From positions 261,139 to 325,138 of the forward strand of contig NMRA01000201.1 in NCBI GenBank assembly GCA_002633005.1: DNA of 64,000 nt, written 5' to 3'. This DNA comes from Phoronis australis. Its lineage: Eukaryota > Animalia > Phoronida. How positions within the stretch are numbered: position 1 is the first letter of the stretch; each line of letters begins with the position of its first letter. The position numbers and the translations under genes are program-made. The notes under the pieces are model-generated. The model was not told the DNA's origin and did no database searches. It saw nothing but the letters and a program-made list of their open reading frames with translations. This document shows, piece by piece, positions 28,028 to 39,889 of the stretch.

Positions 28028-28615
28028 TGAGCAAACGTATTTAATTGTCAGCTTGGCAATTAATTATTGTTGTTTTAATTTTTTGGTCTAGTCAGTTTTT
28101 GTTTATTAACTTAAAGAAAATGTGAGCAAAGTAATAATTGTTGCTATTGCAAGGTTAATGTCTTAGTTGCTCCCAAGTTGCTGGTATTTCTGATAACAAG
28201 CTCTGTTGTGTATGTAAGCGATGGACTTGTATTCACGGAATATTTCAAATGTAGGCCCATGGTCCTGACTTATTGTTGTCTTTGGAAAATATAGTATAGT
28301 ATAAAATTTAATGTGAGAAACAGAAAAATTTATTTTCACAATTTTTTTTTCAACAAAACTACTCATGAATTATGAATGTCAAGGCTAACCTTTGAAGTGA
28401 TTGAAGTCAATTCAAAGCTTTTGTGGCTACAATTTTTTTTTATTTATATCCCCTTATTTCCCAAAACATGCTACAAGTAGTAATAATGTACACTTTCAGG
28501 CTTTTTATCAGAATTTCATGGTAGCAAAAGTAAATAACTTTGTTTCTTTATATGACTTTGTTCTCACACGCAAACGTTTTCGAAACGTTTAGTGGAAGAC
28601 AGTCGTTTGCTCCTG

Positions 28616-28871
28616 GGGTCTGTTTCATGAGAAGAGACTTAAGACAAAAATTTGGTCTTATGCTCTGCATAACTATTTCTGAAAAATGATTAAAACTAAC
28701 TTCGGCAAACCAAAAAAGGATCTGAGAATATATCCATAATTGTTGTTTATTGAGAAAATTTGTACAAATTATTTCCAGGCAGTTGTGTACTAATAATCAC
28801 ACGACTAAACCTATTTTGGCATTTGTGAAGAAGGAGCGTTAGTCTTATGTTACTTATCATGAAACAGACCC
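28616..28871. mobile_element. 256-bp MITE, perfect 15-bp TIR, CTG target duplication (PIF/Harbinger-like)
   Basis: ctg|gggtctgtttcatga ... tcatgaaacagaccc|ctg. Confidence 0.85.
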
Positions 28872-29063
28872 CTGGGAGTCGAAACTCTTGTGACGTGTTT
28901 AAAAGGATAAACTAGAAATAATGAAACTTTCTCTTCAATTTAGAACCTGGAAATAGTAAGTTACAGTTTGAATACCATACGTAAGTTGTTAAACAACTGC
29001 TTCATCTCATTGTATTTAAAGTTGGTGTTAATTCTGTCTTCTGTGTTGCAAGGCCCCTTTCAA

Positions 29064-29515
29064 GGTTATTTAGGACCCCTAACTTTGTACATCATATCTC
29101 AGAACTGACTGATCACGTAATTCATATACATAGTAATCTTTCTTATACTATGCTTATGCTCTGGTCTCTAACACGATGTCAGGGATTGTTTTTGAAATGT
29201 TCTTCTTTTGCACCAGGGGTTATCAAAAATAGTCCCTAGCATATGATTTTATTAACAAAAAACTTAAAATTTGGTTAAAACTAAGATGAAATGATAATTT
29301 AGAAAACTGTAACAACGTTTTTGAGTTTTCATCTTGAACATTTGTAACAAAAATATGGTCACGCTATTGATACCATTCTTTTGCTGTGAATGCACTTTTT
29401 TCAGTTGATCCGTCAGTTTGGTGTTTAAATCAAAAATCAGATTCTGAGTTAAATTCTGTAACTTTACATAAATTTGGCCAAGTACACACACTTGTCAAAA
29501 AGGGCCTACATAACC
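29064..29515 (-). mobile_element. MITE family A copy (reverse)
   Basis: tcaa|ggttatttaggacc ... ggcctacataacc|ttaa; interior is the reverse complement of 1425-1858. Confidence 0.75.
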
Positions 29516-30623
29516 TTAAAACCAAATAAAATTTGTGTCTCTGTCTCTCAAGCACCAGTAGTATTTACATGATATATGTATGGAATAATTTCATGCACTG
29601 CTACGATATTATAGATGTCTGCCTGTAATTTGGGTACGTTTTCAGAGTCTGAGTGTCTTAATAATGTTTTTGGTGATTCAACTTTCAGACTTATCTTGGG
29701 CTCTTCTTCTTTATCTACTGATGATTGTTAGGAATAGTCTATCATTCCAGTCCAGCTGACGGCCTGGTAGATTTCTGTGATGGACGATATTAATATCAAT
29801 AATCGGTAGACCAGATGAGAGAGAAAGTTGTGGCACTAAAAATAAGCTCTCAGAAAATGCATCTTAATTATACACTGAGCCAGTTGGAAATATTCACACT
29901 GCTTGCATTATGGGTAAACATTCAAACTTAGGGCTCCACATGTCTTCATAACTGGTATTCAGCCTGTTTGGAGAGCAAAGGTTTGTCCAATGGTGCATTG
30001 CCAAAAGGCACCACTTGTTAGAGTGCGAAATCTCATTAGTTTGCTTGGTTCTGTGAAACTACACCCACTTGGACAAATACCCCTGTAATGCATACATGTA
30101 AACCCAACGTTTGTGTATAGTTTCTCATGGAAGTATTCATAAAAATACTATTAAAATACGATATCAATAAGGAAATATCAGATAATTATTATCCAGTGTG
30201 CAGCCCTATTCAAATTGTTTGAACACTTATGAGAACATTTATTTAATCAGCGTGGTCAGTACTGAGATGTTGTTTCTTTGCTAGTTGGCTTTTCCCAAAA
30301 GTAGTATCCTGTCCACAAAACTAGTGAAGGCCCAAGTCGAGGATTTTTAATCACAATATGTCAGCTTCTTTGCTTTGACCACATTGGCTTCCTTGTTTGT
30401 ATGTAAGCACAATTAAATTTGAATTTTACTTATTTTCTTTTGCTTGTCTGCCCAGAAAAAGTAAAACTAGGCCAATTAACCAACACAAATCAGTTGCAAA
30501 ATTTGCCAAGCATGATACCGCTTCATGGGAAGGAAATTCTTATTACAGTAACCGTGTATGCTTGTACTTAGACTCACACGCCTGTAATTGAAACTGTGCC
30601 GCCTGCAGTATGTTCATCTGTTC

Positions 30624-31010
30624 CGGCTCGTATTGGAATCGGGCCCAAATCGGAATATTTCGATTTGGGCCGTTCCCGTATCGGAATTCCGATTGAATTT
30701 AAAACGATAAATTAAATACAAAACTTTATAATTCGGTATGTTTTCATGAAATCGAGGCTTCATTTTATAGTTTTAAATAATACAGATAGTCACAACGTCG
30801 TGTTGCTATTAAATCTTCAATCTTTGCGCAAAGTTGACTGAGTCTATATTCAAAATGGCAGTGACTACGAGTTGCAGGAGTTCAAGGTGAATTATTTTGA
30901 AAATTTAGTTCCTAATATAACATTTTGGATCAAGTTAATACATGTTGTTATGTTTTCACGTGGTTTGCACCAAATTAATCAGTCTATTGTCGCCGATTCC
31001 AGTACGGGAC
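30624..31010. mobile_element. Putative MITE with ~14-bp TIR and subterminal hairpin
   Basis: cgtattggaatcgg (30629-30642) vs ccgattccagtacg (30993-31006); hairpin ggcccaaatcg-N8-cgatttgggcc at 30642-30671. Confidence 0.6.
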
Positions 31011-31239
31011 ACACACTTGAGAGTGGCCCATATCAGAATGATTGAGGTTGGCATGACTATATTCAACTTAACGCTGACTGTTTTGTTAAAGATTTAAATA
31101 AAGGCACTCTGAGGAACGACATTTGGTGAAATCGAATAAGAATTTAAAGTTGAGATTGACAACGAAACCAAGAACATCAACAACCATGACCCTAAAGTTT
31201 ATTACAGTAACATATGAGATAGCACGTAAGGGGATCTAT

Positions 31240-31375
31240 TTACATACCAGATTTGAGATGGTGCAATCAAAGGATCGCGGAGCCAGGGCTATGCAAACAT
31301 AATTTAAAAAATGGTCGTCACAGCGCCATCTTGTGTCCGATTTCGCTCAAGAACAAAAGTCCTAGTGTTATTGAT
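31240..31375 (+). repeat. Interspersed repeat fragment shared with 58800-58920 and 59350-59400
   Basis: atcaaaggat.gcggagc...aaaaaatgg.cgtcacagcgccatcttg.gtc.gatttcgc.caa.aac.aaagtcct in both loci. Confidence 0.8.
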
Positions 31376-32299
31376 TGTTAGTGCAGTAAAGTTTAGGCGT
31401 ACTGTACGTTTATGCAAAAGAATCTGTTTGAATTAACGGGTTATTTTGGATGTAGCCAAGTTGACCTAAATATGCATGCCATGTATACGGTTACAATAAC
31501 CATATTTCTTTGCGGGAAATGGAAGTGCAGCGTTATCAAAGTTAAGTCAAAGGTATATCCTCTTGTATAGTTATTTTTGTTGCATTTTGTGCCTATCTAA
31601 CAAGGTGCTAACAATTTTTATAACATTTACGCTATATTGAGCACAATTATCTTGGTAATACGTTCGAATTAGGCAAGTTTAGTTTTCATGGCTTTACTGT
31701 GGCCTGGATGGCTAAACTGCCTCGCAGTTTTTGACTCACTGAAGCATTGCTCAAGAAAACTTGAGTCAAACCTCTTTTAAATGCCGTGGTGTCTTTCAAA
31801 TTTTGTGGGCCAATTCTAGATGCTCCATTGTCCCATGTGCAGTCTTGTTCGTAGGCTTGAAGGACGTGATGACAGGGTAAATACTAATGTTTTTGTGCTT
31901 ATTAAATAGGCCACTCACAATTCGTCATTTAATTAACAGATGGTAAGTTTCTTAGGTTTTGGGACTGACCACCGAGTGTGTTAACAGTGGTGAAAATTAC
32001 GCTAGGGATGCTGAAATTGACCTGCCAGTAGTAACATACTATACATATGTTGCTTGTAGTTGTTCTGTTTATGTACCCACTACACACGTGTGTGTGTTGA
32101 TTTCATCACTATCTAGGCATCAGCATCCGCCGACCTTCTCTATATTTCTCAAATTAACCACTTGGTGAACTTTGGTGTTTATGTTTGCATTAAGAAGAGG
32201 AAATGTTTTCAGGGGGTGGATTTGTTTTTAGTGTCTGCCTCATTATTTGTCAAAGTCTTTGATGAAATGTGACGGTGTTACTGTAAAAAAGAAGACAGT

Positions 32300-32900
32300 C
32301 CACCATTGTGCCGTCATCCTTGTCCGTCCGTCTGGCATCCGCAGCTCTATCTCCAAAAGCCTTTGTTGTATGTTCATGAAATTTTGCACATAATATGTTC
32401 CTTTCATGGATGGGCGGCATGAACAAATTTTCAGATGGATCCGACTACTGGTGTGCCCCCTAGTGGCAATTTCATTTTTTTCCAATTTCCTCATTTGTTT
32501 CTTTGAAGTTAGTTCTGTAATGGATTTTTAAGAAATTTAGCTTTCTATTAAAGAAATGATGACATGTTCCCGTTTTCTGATGGATTTGACATATTTTGCC
32601 CCACCTAGTGGCTATTTTTACTATTTTCTAGTCTGTTTTTGGCATCTGCCACTCTATCAACCAAACCACTCTAAAGGATGATTTTGAAAATTGGCGTTTA
32701 TGTTTCTACTGTGAAGAGGATTGCTGATGATGATTTTTGGATGACTTGGACTACTGTGGCGCCTCTTATTGACAGTTTTTTTGCGTCTATGGATGGATCC
32801 AATTATGGATGTGTCCCCTAGTGCAATTTTATTTTTTTTATCCTATTAAGGAAACGATGACGCCTTCTCATTTTCATATGAATTTGACGTATTCTGCACC
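32300..32900 (+). mobile_element. Helentron/HINE-like element, second copy
   Basis: gtccgtccgtctggcatc head, atgaaattttg, gtgccccctagtggcaattt units; homologous to 2820-3720. Boundaries approximate. Confidence 0.55.
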
Positions 32901-32929
32901 ATTTTAAAAATGTTTTCTGTTCAGTTTTG

Positions 32930-33185
32930 CACGAATTCAAGTGTCTATTATTCTCTGTTCAAGTGCAATATGATTTATGTAGACGGGGGTGTAGTCTTGT
33001 CTTACACCTGATGACCCCAGAAATACGGTATAAAATTGAAATTTCAAGCTTTATCTTGAGTTCGTATCAAAGTACAACAGAAACTATTAAACATAATTTT
33101 GAGTTTGATATTGAGTACATAGACCCTGGGCCTTTACCTGACATCAAGTTTGGATTGGGTTCAGATGTAGAGATTACACTCAGGT
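32930..33185. mobile_element. MITE family B, partial/diverged copy
   Basis: tgatgaccccaga...gaaatttcaag...ataattttgagtttgatattgagtaca...gaccctggg resembles the right half of 6376-6754. Confidence 0.55.
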
Positions 33186-34284
33186 TATAACTGTCGGTGT
33201 GAAACATTCTAATATATGTGGTGCAAGATCCGTTCTCACTGAATTCTATCTCTCGTTGATGTCTAGTCACTTTCTAATTTATAAATTATTCACTTGTTCC
33301 CGACTAATTCGCTTGCTTCCGTTCTACTATCTGGACATGTTACTGCTATTTTGAAATTTCATCTTCATATCCGATTTAACATTACTCGACTATTTGAGTT
33401 TTTATCTTTACACAGCTTTGCTTAATTGTATTATGTGAAATTTAGCTTCATTCTCTTTGTCAATTTTAAGTACAGTATTTTGAGCACTGCTTAGGTAATA
33501 TGACTATTACCTCGGGACACAATAGCAAGTGTCAAATCTCTTGATTTAACTTTGTGACGGTCACAAAAAATTCAGTCGTGGAAGATTTCTTTACCATCCA
33601 AAGCGGTGCTCAAAACAATTTTAACAAGAACACCATTTGAATCTTATTTCATCTTGTGTTCTTACTAGATAATGGAGGGATTTTGTATGATTGTTTGCCT
33701 TTAGCTGTATTGGAAGGGATTCCATGTGTGGTTATGATGCAGGCTCTTGGATGGCTGTAGTTAAAAGTATTAATTTCATTAAAGTGCCTTTTGAAGACTT
33801 ATTATGCAACAAAAACAAGGAGACATCTCTCTATGGGTACATGCATGTGTAACATAGTTTTGCTAAAACTTTACCGTTTTGTCTTAGCACTCAAGTTTTA
33901 GTGATGGTCAGTACATGGCTAACTACAATGGTGTCTTGTGTTTTCCTCTACTATTGGTTACTAAGTGACATTGTGTATGAGCAATATCGTCAATCTCACT
34001 TATTACTTACATGTTTGACCTCTAATTAGACTCGTATGTCAAATTCTACATGTATGAAGTGGATGGTAACCTTTTGCTGTTGCATTATGGGTCACTGGGT
34101 TATGTTTTACAGGTAATAGTCATTTACAGGTGTCCCACATTTTGAGAACCAGTTTCCTCCACTGAATTGTGACCATGAAACTAGTTCTCATATTGTGGAC
34201 ATCTGTAAGAGTCTTAGTGCCGTTTTTATCCAAAATTGTTTGTACAATCAGATTCAAGGGAATGAAAGTTAAAATTGAAACGAA

Positions 34285-34811
34285 GGCTATGTAGGACAGT
34301 TGAAAATTTCCGAATTTGACTGACTTTGGAACAGTATATCTCAGAAATGGCCGATTGGATTCACGTGACACTTCTAGATACTGTACTATGCAGTAAGCAC
34401 TGTCCTTCAAAACTCTGTTAGAAATTGTTCTTAAAATTATACACTTTTGCATTTAGGAGCTGTTCAAAATTAATTGGACGTTTATGTTTTTCATGAAAGA
34501 AATCTAAAGTTGCATGAAACATAATGATATTTTAGAAAAGTGTAACATTGTCTTTGTGATTTCATCTTAAACATTTATAGCAAAGGAAATTTGGTCAACT
34601 TATAGTTATCGTTCTTTTGCTGGCGCTCTAGGTGTACGTTTTCTTTTTTGCTAAATTTACATCATGACCTGACCCAGGTATTGACAGATTGGTTAGAAGT
34701 CAAAGATCAAACTCAATTTTCAGCAAATATTTACTTTTATTGACGTAAAGTCTATAGTTTTGTAAGTATTTGGCTAAGTACTAAGACTTGTCATTAAGGT
34801 CCTACATAACC
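34285..34811 (-). mobile_element. MITE family A copy (reverse)
   Basis: ggctatgtaggac ... gtcctacataacc TIRs; interior collinear with 29064-29515. Confidence 0.72.
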
Positions 34812-35181
34812 CTGAACTGGTTTGCTGTGTGTCATACATCGAAGTGAATCATTATCTTTGACGTGGGTACAAAATATCTCCAAAACCACATGTCATTGCA
34901 TTCTTTAACAATAATCACTGAAAACTTTAATCATTAGCCTCAGAAATGTCTGAAATTCTGACAATTAAATGCAAATGACCTCAACGTGTTTGTGGAAAAA
35001 ATTCAAAACTCGGTGTAAAATCTTGTCTAGTTTCAATTCCAAGCAATTTAAAATCAATCAAAATTGTAAAAAAAATAAGGCTAACAACTTCAAGTGTGAA
35101 TACGGAATATGGTTGAATTTTTGTCAGTTGCAATGTTCAGTTCTCACAAGAAACAGCATTGCCTGTGCAATCATGTCTTAA

Positions 35182-35485
35182 AGGGATATTATTGGCAAGA
35201 AAAGTAACTTTCTGAGTTCAGTCTTGACGCAATCGAACCTAGTACCCTGCTACCGCAATCTAACGCTCTGCTGGTGGAGCCAAATCCCACTCAATAAATG
35301 GCAGAGTATTCTAAATATGTTTTACTGGTTTGATAGCCAACAGCAAGTATTAAGGATTTGTAATACAATCACAAAAACAACGGATTTTGTTGTTTTATAG
35401 CTCTGGTCAAAGACAGTAACTTCAAGTAGTCTATCCCATCTAACAATAATCCCAAAATACGGCCGTAAACCGATATAATGTTCCT
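35182..35485 (+). mobile_element. TTAA-flanked MITE family C (Kolobok/T2-like)
   Basis: ttaa|agggatattat ... ataatgttcct|ttaa; AGG/CCT termini with TTAA on both sides. Confidence 0.8.
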
Positions 35486-35613
35486 TTAACTGGCATACAA
35501 CCTTGGATGAAATGTGTCGGAGTCTTGTATTCTCATGCTTCTGATGCTATTTCTTGAAGGTCTGCCCAAAGAAGGGTTTCAGTATAAATCTCATTCCAAT
35601 CGCTCTATTGCAG

Positions 35614-35887
35614 CGTGTCCATAGGTCTCCCGCTGAATCCCCAGGCAGATGCGTGTCGCACGGCGAGACACGCCCTGGCCCTGATTGCCACCGCTCACCC
35701 TCCTACTTTCATCACTACTATGGCCAAGGAAGTAGCTCGGTACAACGCGCTGACTCAGAGCACTCAGGCTCATCAGAGCTCTCAGCTCAACAACTCCGTG
35801 TTGGTGCGTGGACGAGCTGAGATTCTGCGAGTCGTTGAGCTGCTTATCGATAAAATGATTAGTGATGTCACTGATCTTCTGGTTGAG
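35614..35887 (+). CDS. WDR7: WDR7 exon
   Basis: ttgcag/gtaaca; GLPLNPQADACRTARHALALIATAHPPTFITTMAKEVAR...EILRVVELLIDKM..V.DLLVE. Confidence 0.96.
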
Positions 35888-36309
35888 GTAACAATTACAA
35901 TATTCATCTGGGTTATTACCCTTGTTCATTACAATGCGCACACCCCCTGTAGGTGTTGTGGTTTCACCTTATATTTGATGTGGTGTCAATTATATTGAAA
36001 ACAGCTTTGTGAAAGTACAAGAAAATCCACATGGTATTCATGGTAAGAAGAGCTTGGTTTTATTGTTTGATAGGTACTTGGCATTTTTGTGTTACATTTT
36101 AATTGAAAGGTCGCATGTTCTCCAGTTCTGTGGGAACCTTTGGTGCAATATTTTCTCTATGAACTCTGCACTTTATAGTCAACAGGTCTAGCCTTATCTG
36201 TTGCATGATAATGCAGTGTGTTTCAGTGGGTGCCGGTTAAGGCTTTGCATAGTTTTCTCTACTTACCTTTTATTTTTGTTGTATAATTACGTATATCCCA
36301 TGTTATCAG

Positions 36310-36492
36310 GTTTTGGATGTTGTACTTCACTGTCTGGACACCCAGCTGATCAAGACGAAGGGTCTGGCTGAGGCCTTTCCCTGTATTGTCAAGTTTAACA
36401 TGATCAGCTATTGCGGAGCCACACGGAGGATATGTGTGGGAGCAAAGACGGGAGGATTGGCGTTCTACGAGTTGAAACAGGCCAAGTGTCAG
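36310..36492 (+). CDS. WDR7: WDR7 exon
   Basis: tatcag/gtaagg; VLDVVLHCLD...FPCIVKFNMISYC...RICVGAKTGGLAFYELKQAKCQ. Confidence 0.95.
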
Positions 36493-37319
36493 GTAAGGAA
36501 ACCTGATACATATGTATGACTGGTCAGTGCTAATAGGTTGTTTTGGAAAACAAATCATTTAAACTGAGAATAGGATGTCTTTGGTTGGCCTGGCCACAAA
36601 TAGTAGAATTGATCGCAGAGCATAGATTTGTGGGAAATAATTTAGTCGGTTCGAAGTAGAAAATGTAACTGTAATAGATGGCATCTGAGGCTAGCAAACT
36701 TTCCTCTAGACTCTTCTTAAATTAACAAATTGCTTGCCATGAATTGAGTAGTGTTTCCTGTTTTACACGATGTGATTGGTCAGTTGCATTGTCTGAATGA
36801 TTCCCACAATTCTTTGTTCATATGTCTCATGCTAACTGTAAAAAGGTCAATTATAAAGCTGTTAATTATTTACTTCCTGCTGCCGTGGCTCAAAACAAGG
36901 ATTTTTAAAATGAACTTTACATTTATGTCACACGATAAACATTGTTCAGTTTTAAACATATGGTGGATGAGTGGAACATTAAGTGTAATTTTTTCAAAAT
37001 TTCTCATAATAATAACTATTTCTAGCATGGTTTGTAGAGTGCAGACGACGCAAAACAGCATGTGGCGTAAGTTTGAGCACAAACAGCAATTTATTAAGCC
37101 TCTAAAAATATTAAAAAATGTTGATTTAGCAACTATTTCTGTTGAAGAATCTTTTCCACTATTGTACTCTTCCGTTATATATTGTACACAGTTATCACCA
37201 GTCCACTTGTGGTCTGCACAGCTGTGGCCTTTGGCTTGATTTATCAACATACTATTTCTGTCTCAAATTGAAATGTTGTTACCATAATTGGGCCCATACA
37301 TTATATATATTTTATGCAG

Positions 37320-37424
37320 GTGTTACCAGCCCATTCAGGCCCTGTCACAGCTGTGGCCTTTGGGCCTGATGGAAAATATCTTGTGTCTTACTGTATGAAG
37401 GATAAGAAGCTCTCTTTCTGGCAG
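37320..37424 (+). CDS. WDR7: WDR7 exon (C-terminal WD40)
   Basis: atgcag/gtatgt; VLPAHSGPVTAVAFGPDGKYLVSYCMKDKKLSFWQ. Confidence 0.95.
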
Positions 37425-37833
37425 GTATGTTCTTGTGCAAACAATTGGAACCGAAAGCATCGATCCCATTTCAACACAGTTCAAAGGCAGTCTTAGTTAA
37501 GACTGTCGTATTTTCGATTGTAATCTGCACACAATTCATGATGCCTAGTAAAGGTGGTCATTAAGTCAGAACACGAAAAATCGCCATCTTTGGAAAAAAT
37601 TAGCTTCAAGTTTTTATTGACTTGCCCAGCACTGAACTCATGACCTTTGGTAATAGGAGCCACAGATGTTGTAGAGTGGTAATAGGGTTAGGTTGTGAAT
37701 CTATTATAGAGTGGTAATAGGGTTAGGTTTTTCAGTTGTTTCTTAGCAAAATGACATTTTGTCGAGTATGCATTTTGTCGTGATGTGATTTTGCTTTTTT
37801 GTTTGGAGGTTACAGGTTGCATTTCTAATACAT

Positions 37834-38816
37834 CAGTGGCGGATCTAGGATATCACAAGGGGGGGCCCAACTGTTTGTCCGACTGTAAGCATTTGCGCAA
37901 ACTGAACCACAATTGTAGATGTGTATAGCACCGAAGTGGGGGGAGGTCGTCTGTTTTTACCTCTAAAAATCAGGCATTTTCCTTGATTCCTGAAGACAAA
38001 AGAGGCAAAAAAGAAAAAGAAAACGGAGAACGTGTCGAACAGAAAAAACTGCAAGAACCTAAGACTCGAACTCACGACCTGGCGGATAGAGCGCGCGTGC
38101 GTTACCACTACACCACCACGATTTAACTTCTAATCTCTTTCTAAGAGACCTACTCATTTATGGTCCACAGCGTTTGCACGCGAAACCTACTTCTTTTTGT
38201 AATGCTTATTACACGTTTTATATTTTGTGCCATCAATTCTTAACAAATTTGTCGTATTTAAAATAGTCTTCAAATGCCCAAAAGACCAAATCCGTTTTTC
38301 GTGTTGGCAATAATGAAGGGAGTGCTTTGGAAATCGTCTTAAGATAAGGTTTGACAAAGAGAGTATTGCGAGTTTCTGAGTGATTCACTAAGGCTTCGAT
38401 TAAAATTCACATCTTACCAGCAGCTTCTGTTTTTTCATCGTCACTCAGGTTCCATTTTCTTTAAAAAATGAAGTAAATTTTCTTCATTGCACAGTGGAGC
38501 AGACGACGGAAACGGAGTCGTAGTGCGCAGCGCCACTGCCGGTCGCCTGGGATATCGCGGGAGAGCCTATACTTAGCCATAGTTCCGTTACGAATGCGCC
38601 GTGTTCCGAATTTGACACTTGAAATTGGATTTGAGCCCCCCCTCACCGCACTAAAACTGCACACATTTAAATCTTTTTTCATCCGTATAATTTTGATTAT
38701 CGGGGTTAATTAATTTACTCAACATTTCCCTACGCTCTTACTGTTTTATTTTTTTGCGGCAGCCAAGGGGGGGGGTCGGGCCCGGGCAACCTGGGCCCCC
38801 CCTAAATCCGCCTATG
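37834..38816. mobile_element. ~980-bp non-autonomous hAT-like element with 5-bp TSD (TACAT)
   Basis: tacat|cagtggcggatctagg ... cctaaatccgcctatg|tacat; subterminal gggggcc/ggccccc blocks. Confidence 0.8.
38043..38120 (-). ncRNA. tRNA-derived / SINE-head-like Pol III unit (not an intact tRNA)
   Basis: Minus strand reads ggtggtgtagtggtaac (A box) ... gagttcgagtc (B box) ... gtttttt (oligo-T); acceptor and anticodon stems are not convincing. Confidence 0.5.
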
Positions 38817-39072
38817 TACATACACAACATGTGTCTCTTCAACTTCTTGAGGCCTATTGTTTTTGGTATTGCTTTTGCCAACAGTCGCTTCTCAGAGTGT
38901 TCTCGTTTTTGTTTATCTTCAAAAACTTGAGGATATTTCAATAATATTTTTAGAAATGGAGATACTATGGGTTTTCAAACACTTGTCTCGTTAGAAGACT
39001 GCGTGTCCTGACATAACCAACCAATGATAATAAATCACAATTTACTGTGGCATCTTCCAACCTCTCTTACAG

Positions 39073-39258
39073 ACAATGTCTACGTCAATCTTCAGTCTGG
39101 GCAGCGCCCAGTACAAATGCGTCAAGACCTACAATACACCGGACATTCCAGTCACCCCCGGCCTGAATCCTATGAAACAAATACGTCTGGTCTGGATTGA
39201 CCAGAAGACGGTAACCATGTTGAAAGCAGACGGTACAGAAGTCAGATTCAGGGTTTGA
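39073..39258 (+). CDS. WDR7: WDR7 last coding exon
   Basis: ttacag acceptor; TMSTSIFSLGSAQYKCVKTY...RLVWIDQKTVTMLKADGTEVRFRV-TGA, matching the WDR7 C-terminus (DG.E.RF.V*). Confidence 0.94.
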   Translation, partial: TMSTSIFSLGSAQYKCVKTYNTPDIPVTPGLNPMKQIRLVWIDQKTVTMLKADGTEVRFRV

Positions 39259-39651
39259 TGACCCTTTCAGTCGGTGGTAAATCTGAATGAAACGTGTTGT
39301 AACTTAAGCTAAATTTTTTCAATTTTGGACACCAAAATTCAAGTCGAAATAGATTTATCCTGTTAATTAAGTTTACAGACAGATTTCTGTATCATCATAC
39401 TTCTCAAACTCCAGACACTGTGCGTTTTGAATAACAGGGTCTTAAAGTAGACTTGTTGCAAATAGTGAAGTATTTGCCAAATGTTATTTTTGTGACATTT
39501 TCACTTTTTGAACATTGCTGCAAATTTCTGAATCTCTATTTTTGTGGGGAAATTTCAAAATTAGAAAGTTATTGCTTGTATTGTTCGTCAAATGGGACTT
39601 TTAGATTAGTTACTGACTTTTGGAGAACTAGACCTTGATGTCCAGCTCAGG

Positions 39652-39889
39652 CAAAGTGTCAGGATTGAATCACTGAATGATTACTACCGTGAGAAACCAA
39701 AGTATCAGGATTGAATCACTGAATGATTACTACCGTGAGATAACCAAAGTATCAGGATTGAATCACTGAATGATTACTACCGTGAGATAACCAAAGTATC
39801 AGGATTGAATCACTGAATGATTACTACCGTGAGATAACCAAAGTATCAGGATTGAATCACTGAATGATTACTACTGTGAGATAACCAAA
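39652..39889. repeat. 47-bp tandem repeat x5 in probable WDR7 3' UTR
   Basis: caaagtatcaggattgaatcactgaatgattactaccgtgagataac units, head-to-tail with no spacers. Confidence 0.96.

Noticed and set aside
36751-37250. Overlapping 162-aa and 126-aa ORFs in a WDR7 intron
   Set aside because: No homology recognised, AT-rich composition; flanking WDR7 exons join in phase without them.
38043-38120. Functional tRNA gene
   Set aside because: A and B boxes are present but I cannot fold a proper acceptor or anticodon stem; kept only as tRNA-derived.
39256-39261. Stop-codon readthrough or selenocysteine at WDR7 TGA
   Set aside because: Tandem TGA TGA at the expected WDR7 C-terminus; no SECIS recognised.
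39652-39889. CRISPR-like regular repeat
   Set aside because: Units are head-to-tail with no unique spacers, context is eukaryotic, and no cas genes are present.
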